The notes below the pieces were generated by a model. That model searched no databases. It was not told the DNA's origin and worked only from the letters and a program-made list of their open reading frames with translations. A program made the translations under genes and the position numbers. A DNA stretch of 64,000 nucleotides from Psammoneis japonica (lineage: Eukaryota), in contig QPGO01000112.1 of assembly GCA_008632985.1 (NCBI GenBank), positions 62,001-126,000 on the forward strand. The letters run 5' to 3'. Shown piece after piece: positions 47,611-60,040 of the stretch (position 1 is the first letter of the stretch; each line of letters opens with the position of its first letter).

Positions 47611-50508
47611 TTAGCCTGCAACCTGAAGTATCGAACGCATTGCGCGAGACCCTCGGATTTCAAGGACTTCAACTGCGACGAGCTGAAAAACGCTTTGTAT
47701 TTCAGACAGAATTGGAGCTGCTTCTTCCCGTCTCCTCTCGTCGTTCATAAACAACAATATCTCTCGCAAAAGCTCAACGACAGACTGTATTCTGTCACCT
47801 TGTGTTGATTCATCATTCGTCTCAAGAGCCGACTGAAGAGTTTCCAATAGGCTTTTCATTTCTTCCATTCTTCTTGAGTTGATCGGGCCATTCATTCCCG
47901 GAAGAGGTGGTAGAAGTCCTCTAGTTACGCGAAGCAGGTTGGATTCACCCACGCTTGCCATTCCTGGGAGGCGGGAATAGAAAAGACATCACAGCAGTTA
48001 GTTTGCCTCGGGATGAAACGCCATGTCTAAAACAATAAGAACAACCCACGACCCACCATCAATAGTTTCCGCAATTTCATGGACAAGTGGCTTCTTCAAG
48101 AAGATTCCAGCTCGACTAGTAAGAAATTTAAAGAATAAATCAAAAGTTTGTCTCGACAAGCTAACTTTGTCGTCCGCGTCATCTTTCGATGGATCGTATT
48201 TGCTCGACGCCTTCTTGGCAAGACGGAGGAACTGGTTCAAGCGTCCCCACTCAATCTCTCGTCCTGATTATTTAACGGCCAAACAATGAGATATCCGTGA
48301 AGATTCCTTGCAACGAAGACAAGCAGAATCCTAACGTACCTTCGCCATTAACGGTCAAAAGACGAACCAACAACTTCTGTAATGCTGGGGGGACACGCTC
48401 GTTCCTGTCCGGAGAAACAAGCTGCGCCAAAACATACGGGTATGCTCCACGAACCAAACGAAAGTTTGGATCGACACTGAGAGCCATACCCTCGAGCAAG
48501 ATTAGGCTGCGGATAATGACAGTAAAAAAGGGAGGAGTAGAGAATCGCAACACGTTTTCTCTACTGATCTCGTCGAGCTCCGACTGGAGGCTAGCAAAAT
48601 TCAAATCCGACGCTTTACCTGTGCCTCCGGTGGCGTTCTTCAATGCAGTGCGAAGTCGCGGTACAAGTTGATCCAACTGCGCTGTGTCCTTCAAGAAACC
48701 AAGCTGCCAAATAATACAATTCGAATGAGAAAGTGAGCCACGCAAGCTGATGCCTTTGGTCGCTTCAACAATACTCACTTTCAACAAATTCTCAGTAATC
48801 AAAGGAAGGTCCTTGTTTTGCAGACCAATCGCAAGACCAACCAGACCGTATCGGTCTTCTTCTGCCACATCAGCCATCATCCCAAAATCGATAAATGACA
48901 AGTCCCCTTCGGGAGTCTTGAGAACATTTCCTCGATGAGGATCAGAATGAAACAGGCCTGTATGCATCAATTGATCTACCGAACACTTTAGTCCAAACCG
49001 CACCATTCTCGCCCCGTCATCGTTGGGCCATGGACCTTTCTCTCCATCTATCCATTCCATCACGAGAACTTTCTTCCTGGTCAGGGCATTGCAAGCGCGA
49101 GGTACCTTGATATTATCCCATTCCCCATAGAACTCTCGAAATCGATCACAGTTATTCGCCTCTCTGATATAATCAAGCTCGCCAAACAGTTGCATACCGA
49201 ACTGATCTGCAATTGCAGGGATGTCTCCGCCACGCATTTTCGACATCCACATGGCAGAGCGTCGAATCAGATACATATCTAGTGATGCAGAGGCTGCAGC
49301 ATTCGGTCGCTGAACCTTTATGGCAACAACTTTTCCACCCCATTTCGCAGCTTCCGCTTTTCCGATTGCGGCCTCGAGCTGCGGGCCGCGCTTTATTCTT
49401 GCCTTGTACACTTGCCCAATAGAAGCTGAGGCAACGGCAAGATTTCCATTGTAGAACTCAAAAAGGCTCAGAACAGGGTCAGACTGAACCTTAGCTTCCA
49501 ATTTGGAAAGACCCTCTAGCTCCTTTCTTGTCTTGGTTCGAGTGCTGACTTTCGACGCCTTGATGCGAGGGAGAAGATCCGACAGTTCTTCCTTCATAAT
49601 GTTCATTGCTGACTTGTCGTCGAAAGATCCAACCGCGTCCACAAGCTTACCCAACTCTTCGGCCCAAATTTTGTTGCGAATAAGGTCCGGTCTGAGGCTA
49701 AGGGCCTGTCCTGACTGATGTTGCCGAGTGGAAAAGCAACAACAAACAACAACAACAACACCTTGTCAATCATGTTTGTACAAACTAGCTTCCAAACCTA
49801 AACAATTCAGGTATTTCAGGTATTTACCTTAATTAGAGCCACACTCCCTGATCTGACAAGATGAAGCCTCAGTTCCTCTCCACGTTTAGCTTGAATTGAC
49901 TCCTTGTCTGAAACCTTCCTCGCCTTATCAACCAGGAGTCCAAGATACCATCCTTAGAACGACCAAACAAAAGATTGAGAATGATAGTTCCCACCTTCCG
50001 CGATTTCAGGGGGGGGGCTCGCCGACGATACAAGTCACTCACCTAGAAGCGGTATACCCAACGAGTTAAGCCTCCATCCAACCTGAAGTGGTCTTTTATC
50101 GTAGTAATCACAGATTGCTTGAGCATCATAACCAACAACAGGCATGGGTTTTGTGTGCTGCACCGCTCTGACGTTTCCATTCGATCCGTCTGAGCGAGGT
50201 TGAGACCATGTCCGATGTTCTACGGAGCTTTCTGACGAAAGAGCAAGAGAAGTAATTCTTCCCGTTTTTAGTCGAGGTACCCTGGTGTGTAGACCGTGTC
50301 GATCGAGAGAAACGGAGAATGCCATCGCAAGGTTCCCTCCAAAAATGTCAATCAACATTACAAAAAATAGAAAATGAAACAGTTGTTTTGTTCGCGCATC
50401 GAATTTACAGTGTCGGTTCGAGGAAGAGCTTCCATCATCATTTGGGTCACAAGATCCTTTGCCGCGAAATCGTACAAGACCACGCGGCAGCAGGGCGTTG
50501 CTGGACAT
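47611..50508 (-). CDS. ABC1/UbiB-family atypical protein kinase, multi-exon, possibly plastid-targeted
   Basis: ASASIGQVYKA, VAIKVQRP, ELDYIREANN, GLFHSDPHRGN and FIDFGMM. N-terminal YDAQAICDYYDKRPLQVGWRL, with a hydrophobic leader ending AMAFSV. Confidence 0.92.
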
Positions 50509-52118
50509 GTTCCTTGCTTCTAAGTAGAACCCTCTCTTGATCGTCGTGGCGAGCTTTCGAAATGACCGCCAGATACCTCGATTAGACTATCATCAACTTC
50601 CCTTGCTTATAAGCAATGCATGCACCTGCACTGTCAGATGCGTTTGCGATTATTAACAACAGAAGAAGGAATGTTCACCTGTTGGCAGGTGCAAGTTGTT
50701 GGCACTTGGCAATTGGCCCGCCAAGCAAGAAAACAGGTGCAGTGTAGTCTGTCCTGCGTTCACCGAATTTGACAGGAAACCCCAGCACCATGCGGTAACA
50801 CGTGGTAGTTATTGTACAGGACGATTCCGCATGTACATTGTGTACCACAAGTGCAGTAGAAAAGCGCTGTACAGTATCTTGACCTTCTTGCTGACTGCAA
50901 CATTATCATCGACGATCAATTCGACTAATCTCAAAACCGCAGCTCACACCAGGACTAAAGTGAGGGGTTGAACAAGTTTGAAGCCCTCACCATCTGCAGC
51001 AACTCTGAGAATGAATTTACTTGAGGTTGGCATGCTCAAGAAAAAGGCAGGCACCACAACAGCCATGAACTTTTTTTGCAGTGCTGGTGACGAATGTCTC
51101 TCACAATGTCTCAATGCACAGCTGAGTTTCAGCCAAAAGTTCAAGCTGTTCAAGCAGGCCAGCCCCAAAAATGTGTTTGCAGCCTTGAAGAATGCCAAGA
51201 AAGGGGTGGGGGGGGGCAACAGTGTGCCTGAAGAACTGACAAAATGCACTGTGAACAAAAACTGAGACAGAAGATCAGCAGCGCCGAAAACGCGCCGGAG
51301 CACAGCCAGCTGTGGACTTTTTTTTTGACAACTGAGCTTCACGTTGTCAGTTGAGGCCACCAGAGATGTCTGATGCAGCCTCATAAAAACAATCAGCCCC
51401 TCTGCACAATTGCAAGCTGCCCAGCAATTGTGGCATGTTGTCAGCTGCAATTTTTTTGGAAAACAAACTTGGCAAGTCATCAAGCATGACAAAGGTTGGC
51501 ATCAAAATGCCAACAAGGAGTGCAGACATGACTGCTGAGACTGAGCCACACATTCAAGAAAAAAAGTGACAGCAAAAGAATTTTGGGTGTGTTCTTGGCC
51601 TGGTGAGATGCCAATGCTGCCCCAGCCATTTGCCGTTGTGTGCGCACTTCCCAAAGGCACACCTCAATGCTGGTGGCATGACAGAACATCGCAGGTTGCC
51701 ACAGGGCTTGCAATGGGGTGTGCCAAGATGATGTGTTGTGCGCCCCATGTGCTGCTTGATTGGGTGACAGCAGTTGCTGCACCTGGCAGGTGGGGCTTGG
51801 TGATGATTGTTGAAAGCAAAAACACCAAATTTGCAGCTTTTTTTCATCCAGGCTTTGTGAAAAGTTTGGTCTCTAAAATGAGTCAACAAGGACAGCAAAC
51901 AATGGCACCTGTCCAAGCATCTCACATTGGCTTTTTGACTTTTCTTGATGAACTGGGTTTTCACCAAATTGCCTGACTTGCCAATGGGTTGTCATGTGGT
52001 CATTTGAGCTAGAAGACGAGGCAGAGCTGCAAAATGGTCTCCTCATGTGTGCATCTGCTTTTGCATTTGCATCAACAGCAGGGTGCAAACTTTTCCAAAT
52101 TTACTCTGTGTGTTGGTG

Positions 52119-52266
52119 CTTGGGTTCTGCAACTTTTGCAACCCACAACCTTGGGCCCTGCGACTTTTGCAACAACCCGTGATCTTGGGTTCTGTGACTT
52201 TTGCAACCCACAATCTTCTTGGACCCAGTGACTTTTGCAGCTGTCCACAACCTTGGGTCCTGTGAT
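52119..52266. repeat. Degenerate minisatellite, ~4.5 units of 31-34 bp
   Basis: Units resemble CTTGGGTTCTG(C/T)(A/G)ACTTTTGCAACCCACAA. Confidence 0.85.
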
Positions 52267-52399
52267 GGTTCTGTGCAAGGCTGTTTTGCTCAACACTTGT
52301 GTGCACACTGCACCCAGAATTGCCTGTCTTGATCATCACACAAAGAGCAACAACAACTGGCACACTCCACCATGCAGAAGCCACAGTGTGCTGCGCCAT

Positions 52400-54200
52400 C
52401 ACAGAGACTGGAGGTGAGGAGCAGGTTGGTGAACAACATGCACAAGGAGGTTGATGATTGGATGAGCCATTTGCACACATGCTGTCCAGCAAGGAGGCAC
52501 CAAGTGTGGTCATGGCAGAGGCAGCCAAGCATCTGGGGGGCAACATCTCCCGCTTTGAATGGGGAGAGAGAGCAGTGGGTCACAGAAATGTTGGCTTGGA
52601 ATGCTGCAACTGCCAAACATGGGTTCAATGACAAATTCTTGATTGGCGCTGCTGCTGCTCAAGTGTTTCTCCATTGTGTTGAACAAAATGACAGAGTGCT
52701 GTTGTTGCTCTTCTTGTGCACAACTGCGGCACTGTTGGAAGGTGCACTGCAGTGTCTTGGACTCCTCAACTTGGCAAAACAGCAAGTGGGTGTTTGCTGT
52801 GTGGTGTCATTTCAACATGTTGATTTGAGCTCATTGGGAATTGCACACAAGGGCTGCAGTCTGGACTCAGTGTGGAGATGTGCCCATCCAGTTTGAGCAA
52901 CTGAGAAACAAATGACAGAGTGCCAAATGGGCAGCAAGACAGGCAACAAACAACCAGAAGCAAGTGGAGAGCTGACACTGGGTTTCCCAGGTGAAGCTCA
53001 AGTCCCAATCATGCACACAACAAAGAGAATGATGCTCTTTTGTGCCCCACTCTTGATGAGCACTGTGGTCACAGCCTTGTTGCACCTCTTTGGCATGATC
53101 CTCTTGATGAAGAAAAGCACAAGATTTCTTGTGACAAAAGCAAATGCTGCAGCCCAAAAAGAAAAAGCTGGTTTTGTCTGTCTGGAAGAAAAGGGGCAAT
53201 GGAGTGGCCTTTGATGCAGGATGTTCACAAGTCATCTGCACAGGGTTGGCTTGTGTTGATGTGCAACTCCACCAAGTGGCAGGTGGAAGACACAGAGAGG
53301 CTTGTTGGAAGATTGCAAAGCAGCGTGTGATTGAAACACAAACACATTGGATGGAGGGGCTCAGGACAGTGATGACAGGCACAAAGCAGCCCTGGGAGCA
53401 TGTCTTGTCAATGTGCAGAGATGGGTCACAAGGCTGCTGCTTTGACTGATGCAGCATCAAGACTGAAATGAGGAAATTGATTTGGGGCATTGGCCAGCAC
53501 TCTTGCCACAATGTTGACTGCTGCCAGGAACTGCTTGGCAAAAGTGCTCCTGTCCATGGCACACCTCAATTTGGGTGTCCAGACCTGCTGCTGAAAATGC
53601 ATGGAGAAATGCTCTGCCAGCAGACAGTGTTTTGTGTGGTGATGTGCAGACAGCCAGTCATGGAAGAAGGCAACATTGTGGCATCAGACTTGAGTGGTGT
53701 TCCTGAGATGTCTTTCGAAAGGAGTGGGCAGTGACGAGACATGCAAACAGTGGCTGAGCCAGAGCACAAAGATCCAGTTGCCAGTGCTGCCTTGCCACAA
53801 CACCTGCGCATTTAGCACGAGAGTGCAGACAAGCTTGCCTCAATTGCTGGATGCAAAATTGAGGGTTCTGAGTCACCCCAACATCAGGGCAAGCTTGCCA
53901 TTGATGTTGCTCTGTCAACCTGTTTGTTGTGCATTGCTGTGCTGGCACTGTTCTTGCAGCAAAAAGAGGGGAAAAGGTTGGCTGCTGTGAGCTGCAACAA
54001 TGAAGGAAATTTTGGGAAGAGCCTGTTGCTGCAAGTGCTTGCATCTGTTGTCTCCAGTTTTGTCAGATGACGCTTGCTCCTCCAAGCTCTCATTTTGGCC
54101 TGTCATTGCTGACAAACTGTGCAGCAGCCATGCAAATTGTTCATTCCCCAGCTGCACTCATCAAAGATGTCTGTGCTTGAATGATTCTTGCATGGCACTG
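52400..54200 (+). mobile_element. Possible non-LTR retrotransposon ORF2 relic (post-RT region and RNase H-like start)
   Basis: Fragments THWMEGLRTVM, GNIVASDLSG..MSFE (cf. RNase H IVASDGS..SFGW) and IADKLC (cf. N..AD.LA) appear in the expected order but are very degraded. Confidence 0.4.
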
Positions 54201-54999
54201 TTGTGGACTCTCTGGCTGGGTGTTCATTTGTTCGTTGCAGATCTCACCTTTCTTGTGTTTGCTTGGCCTCCGGCACCTTGCTCAGGGTTTCCAACCCCCT
54301 TCTAGTCTAACTGGACAGTGATGACTGCTGGTGCAAAACATCTAGAGCCACTGGTCTCTGTGCCCACCCCTCAAGCTCCTTGCACCGGGCCAACTCCTCT
54401 TCAGAGCTTCAGTGCCTCTCAAGGAGTCATGTTCAATGTTCAATGTTGGCACTTCTGCTCCCTCCAAGAAGCAGAGGAAAAAAAGAGCACCAGCACAGTG
54501 CTGTCATGCAGTTTGCAGATGACTCTTTGGCAACTGTTGTCTGTGACAAAAAGAAGCCTTCTTCATGTGTACAATCAAGCAGTCTGTGGTCAAGTCTTCA
54601 GCAACTCAAGTTGGGCCAGCCATCAGCACCTGGCTCAGCTCACACCACCACCCTTCTGATCCAACAGCAGTGCAAAACATGCAGCCACCAGCTCCTGCTG
54701 AGCATCTGGGGTTGGCAAGAACCCTTTTAGAATGTCTGCCAAGAAGTCACCAGATGTGCCAGCCATCTAAATTGCACACACAGAATGACCCCTCTGGATT
54801 GCATTGATGGAAAACAAACAGATCATCAAACACATTTGTGACCTTGCTCGCTGGATCAACAAAACACTTCATGCAAGTGTGACGAGTCCTTTCCATCACA
54901 ACCTTGCTGCTGTGCAGACCCTTGATCAGGTCCACAACCCAGTCATTGACTGCAGACAAAGTCAAACTTAAAGAGCTCTGTGTTGTGGCAGGTTCACTT

Positions 55000-56200
55000 C
55001 CCTTCAGAAGGTCTTGCTGCTTGCTGCAATGATGTCATGCTGGAACAACCATGACAACTTCAAAGTGTCACAGATGACACCTTTGTCATCTCACACCAAT
55101 CCAAATTGACCGCCTTTTTTCCAGTGTGTCAACAGGTGCCACAATTCACAACAAGGGGACCACACAAACCATGCTGGTCCATGCCACAGGTGGGACAACT
55201 TGCTGACAACAGCCCATGCAGATGGTTTGCACCTTCCTTGTCTGGGACAAACTCCAAATTGTTGCCTTGTGATCCCGTGATTGTTTCTTCATCATGCTTG
55301 TCACTGCACTCATCTTGATGGTCTTCCCTGCAACAACATCCCATGCCTTGTGTCCAGGTCTTGTGTCCTTCCATGCCACATTGTTTGACATCAGTCTCAA
55401 CTTGCCTGGATTGTCAAACATGGAGAGCATTGGTGCAGTGGAGGGCATGTGCTTGTGCCCTTCTTGACTCTGCATCACTTCAATTTTGCACACCTTTTTC
55501 ACAAGGTTGTGCCTCTCTGTCCACAGCTTGTGGGGCTCTTCCTCAAACTCACTTGCATGCCTTTTGTTCAATCTGCCAACAATGCTCCAGACAACTTTTC
55601 CTTTCCTTTCAAACTCAATCATCAACAAACCCATTCCAAGGAATTTTCTTCTCCAGGCTTGGCTGGCTGGGCAACAGAGGATGTGGTCATGGTGGTCTTC
55701 CATGGGACACTCACAATTCAAGAAATGGTGGGGCCTGACTCAGTTGCACCAACGAACCATCTTTTTGGCAGGAAGCAGTTTGTGGATGAGCTTGATGGTG
55801 GACATGTGTTGCTTGGAGCTCTGGGAAATTAGCACTGCATGAACCTTCCAATTGATCATGTGTGGGCAACTTTTTCAGTCCATTGACTTCATTCCTGGAT
55901 GTGTTCTAGAAGTGGAGGAGCCATGGCAGCATGTTGCACTGAAGGCTTGAGACCCAAAGTGATTGTGCTGTCACAGAAAGGGAAAGGCAACTTTGGCAAT
56001 TTGGAAATGGAAATGCATGAGCAGTGTTGTGTTCACATTGACCCTGATGCTGGCCTCTGTGAGTTTGTTGGTGCACACATTCACTCTGGTGTTGAGAGGC
56101 AATGACTCTGCTGGGGTGGAACGGAATCAGCGGCCCTTCACCCAGGTGTTTGAAGGTGATGAAACTGGAGGGTCATTGTCTGACAGTGACTCAATGTCTG
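55000..56200 (-). mobile_element. Non-LTR retrotransposon ORF2 C-terminal relic
   Basis: INWKVHAVL...TIKLIHKLLP...NCECPMEDHHDHILCCPASQAWRRKF...LWTERHN matches the C..C...E..DH...C zinc-binding tail of LINE ORF2. Confidence 0.6.
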
Positions 56201-56399
56201 CATGTGTTTGAAATGTCTGGTTCACCACATCTCAATCTGGCAACAGAGCATCTGCACCATGGCATTGGAGCCAACAGTCTTGTTCTTTGAATGCAGCAGT
56301 CATTGGATCCAACAATGGCAGGGTGGCAAATGAGTCAAGAAGCAGCACATGCACAAGCCCCTTGTTGTTGCAATGTGCTTCAACTCCTTGGCACTTTGT

Positions 56400-59300
56400 G
56401 ATGTGACAAAATTTCAGAAGGCAGAAAAGAAATCTTGATGCCAAAAAGACACCATGCATTTCTGCCCAGAGCACCACTCCACAGTGTCAACAACAGCTGT
56501 CATCAGCATTCCTTCCAACAATGTGCTGTCAGCCTGGCTGACTCATCTTTGTCTGGCCATTCTCTGTCAGTTTTCTGTTGCAAACCATTTGTCCCTTCAT
56601 GTGACTGTCTCGCTTCTCCATTTGGAACATCAGTGCAACCATGGCCTTGGTTGTCTCAGTTGGAGTCATGTCTTTGATCAATTGTGGTGCAAAACACACC
56701 CTGTTCTTGTGGAGTTGCTCAATCTCATTCTCTGAGGCGTTGTGCCTTCTCCGGCCAAATGCTTTTGGGTCTTCATGCAGCACCAGATGCTGCTGGGTGA
56801 GGGAAGTGCTCTTTCCTGATTGGAGTCAGTTGTCAATTTCACACATGAATCATGCTGATGCTGCTCCTGTTTCCATGTTGTGCTCAATGTCACCCCCTGG
56901 GGTTGGGGCTTGTGTTCATTCTCAAACAATGGCAGTGCTCAAGCTTGTTTTGTTCTTGCTCTGCTTTTGCATCTGCCACTCCTGACATCAAACTTTCTTT
57001 GCTCTGTGTTCATGTGTCTTCTCATTGTGGGATGCACCGCACTTTGTGCCACTCCTTGTCACTCTGCCTGGCATTTTTCTTAACTCTTCCACTGGTTTCT
57101 CTTTTCCACTTTTCTTGTCTGGGAACACTTCCTCTTTCTGATTTTTTGTCTGACACTCTGTGGTCTTCTTGTTCTCTTTGGCTTCTTCTTGGCTCTTGGG
57201 CTGTCAATTGAGGCTGGATCTTTTGCTGCTGGCATCTCATTTGCTTCACCATGTTGATCATTTGAGTCAGGTTTGTCTTCACAGTCTTTGTCTTCAGACT
57301 CAGCCACACAGCTGGCATTGTCTTGCTTGTTGTTGTTTTTGTCCATGCTTTCATCTTTGCTGTCACTTAAATTGTTGTCCACTCCTGTGGTCCAATCAGC
57401 ATTGCACACAGGCTGTCTCCATGTTTGCTCACAAATTTGAAGTCTTTGATGCCTTGCACCATTGCCATCTTCTTCTTGACCCCTTGCACACATGCATTGG
57501 TCAGGGGGATGGCATGGTGCACTTGCAGGGACTCAGTGGCTTGCTTGTGTGCAGGTTCACAAAGCAGTGGCTGCCCTTGGGAACATTGAAACGTGGTCAC
57601 AGACACATGTTGTCAATGCCATGTGTGTCCACCATGGTGTTTGTCAAGTTGATTTCAATGTGAGACAGGAGGACAAATGAACCAAAGGCAAAATTGAAGT
57701 GCTTGTTGCAGCCAAGGTTCCTTCATTGCATGATGGTGTGCAGACTGTGTGTGTTGAAAATTCCTTTCTTCTGTGGGCACATGTTCACCATCATGGTGTT
57801 CTTGAAAACATGGCATGCTTGCACATCAACTTGGGTGTCGCCTTGTGCAGCAGGTGATGTGCAGTGGCTGGAGATTGCTCCTTGATGGTCACAGTGGGTG
57901 CTCCACTCCACTTCAGGAACATGGTCACCAGTGTTTGCAGACACCAGTTCTGAGCTTGTGCCATCTGCGACTTCCTTCAGCATGTCTTTGAACTCAGAAC
58001 CACACTCAACAAAGTCAATCTTGAACAAAGCTGTGTTGCATTGCCATGTCCAGTGCATTGCACACACACTGACATGCTTCTTGGACCTCAGTCTTACACA
58101 CTCAATTGTCACATGTCATTGTCTTGTCAGTTGAGTGCAGCATTTAAACTCCTCTGCATGCTTCCATGATGTCAGTGCAGATGATCACACCTTCTTTTGG
58201 TTTCTTGCATGCATCTCAGGTGAAGTTGCTGCAATTTTGCTCCTCTCATGGGATTGTTGTGGGTGTTTGGCATTTTAACGCATTGATGAGTGTGTCCCCC
58301 AAATGGCCGCTGTCCTGTCCTCCATGTCTTCAGGTGCGATGGACAAGTTCTTCACCTGGTTTGATCACAAAAAAAGCTTTGAATCTCTCACACTGGGAAT
58401 TCCAGTCTGAGCACTTGCTTGGCATTTGCCACCTCCCTCTTGGCATGGCCTGTGGAGTTCTGCTCCACTGTCAGAACTGTGATTCTGCGCACACTCCTCC
58501 ACTTCTTGTTGCTGTCCTTTTTTCATTTTTTTCTTCTTTGATGGCATGCTTCTTGCGTGTGACTTGCTTTCTTAGAGAGATGTTTTGCATGGTCAAAGAA
58601 CTTCTGGCTTGATGTGAAGGTGTGCAGTCTGATGTCATTGACTTGGAACACTGCAACTTGCTTGCCAGTCTTCTTGTCCAACAGCTGGAACTTGTCCAGC
58701 ACCACTCGGTTGTCATGTGTGATGAAGCACTTGTTCTTCACACCCTTCAAACTGAGGATGTTTGCTGTTGCATTGTGCAATCCAAGCTTCACATCCCCCC
58801 ATTCAGGCATGGTGCAGTTTTCACCATCTGGGACATCCATTCCTGCATTCTTGAACCAGTTGTAAAATGCAGCGTTGTTTCAATGTTTGCAGTCTGGAGA
58901 GTTGTGCCCCAGTTCACTGCAACAGCGGCACACTGCAGCATTGCTCTGGTTTCTCTTCTGGACATGGCTCTGGTCCTTGGAATTCTTGGACCTCTTGCTC
59001 TCATTTTCAACATTGTTGTTCTTGTTGTTTGTGCACTCATTGTTCCCCATGCTGTGACTTTTGTGAGGGCAATTGTCTTTTGGATGATTCAGCAGCACAT
59101 CCATTGCCTTGTCAATGGTCTTTGGATGCATGTGCTTGCCCAGGCTGCAGTCTCGGATGAAGCTCTTTTTTAAGCTCTTGCAGCAGCAATTGTTGCTGTT
59201 CTCCATGAACAGAAATGTCATGCTGCATGTGTCAAAAAGCTGCATCCTTCAGCACTTGCTTTTCCATTGTGGCGCCATCCTTGCACACCTTGGCATTGGA

Positions 59301-60040
59301 AATGACTCCATCTGGCACTCTGTTCCCCTGTGACTTTCACTTGCAGCATCTTGCTGATTCTTGAATCTCAACAGGCAGCAATTTGGCAACTCATTCTTTT
59401 GTTGTTTCATGTCCAGCACACTCTGCAGGGACTTGACAAGTGTGTGAAACGGGTGTGGAGCTCTCATTGAGTGTCAAGTGCAAGAGACTGGATCAGCTTC
59501 AACAGCTTGATTGGGTTGTTTCTGACACACAAGCAACTGGGATCACCTTGCAGCCACTCTCTGCTTCATCAGCTTGGTGCAGTGATCATCTAAGATCTGG
59601 GTGAGTGTGGCAGTCTTGTTCTCTTTGAACTGCTTTGCTTTGTTGCCACACTGGCGTGGCTCCGCTTTGTGCTGGTGCTCCAGTTTTTCATCCTCTTGTT
59701 GCTTCTTTTCCAGCACAGTTTGGCAGTCTTATGCTGTCACAAGTGGTGTTGTCATCATTGGCATGCTTGAGGTTGGTTTCTCAGATCTAAAGTCCTTGTG
59801 TTTCACATTTTCTGGAGATCTCACCAAATGCACGCCTTGGGTGCACTCTTTCTGCATGTGGCAATGGATGATCTTCTCCTTGACATCTTTGCATGTTGCA
59901 CTGCAAGTGTTGCTGTTCAGTGATGAAGGATGGAACTTTGTCTCAGGCTGAAAGTGCTTCTCAATGTTGGTCTTCTTTGTTGGGTCAGAGGTTCTCAGGG
60001 CCTTGGTTGTCAGATCTGCCACTTCCTTGGCCACTCATTG
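56400..60040 (-). mobile_element. Ty1/copia (CoDi-like) LTR retrotransposon relic: gag, zinc knuckle, protease region, integrase, truncated RT
   Basis: In copia order on the minus strand: gag ATCKDVKEKII...FLFMENS...DCSLGKHMHPKTIDKAMDVLLNH; knuckle CRCCSELGHNSPDC (CX2CX4HX4C); ANILSL...ITHD; integrase SEFKDML...DHVPEVE; RT EIEQLH...KAMVALMFQMEKRDSHMKG. Confidence 0.9.

Noticed and set aside
49735..49762. Short (AAC)n tracts here and at ~41473-41490
   Set aside because: Ordinary intronic microsatellites.
52119..52266. CRISPR-like array
   Set aside because: Units are contiguous and degenerate with no unique spacers, there are no cas genes, and the context is eukaryotic.
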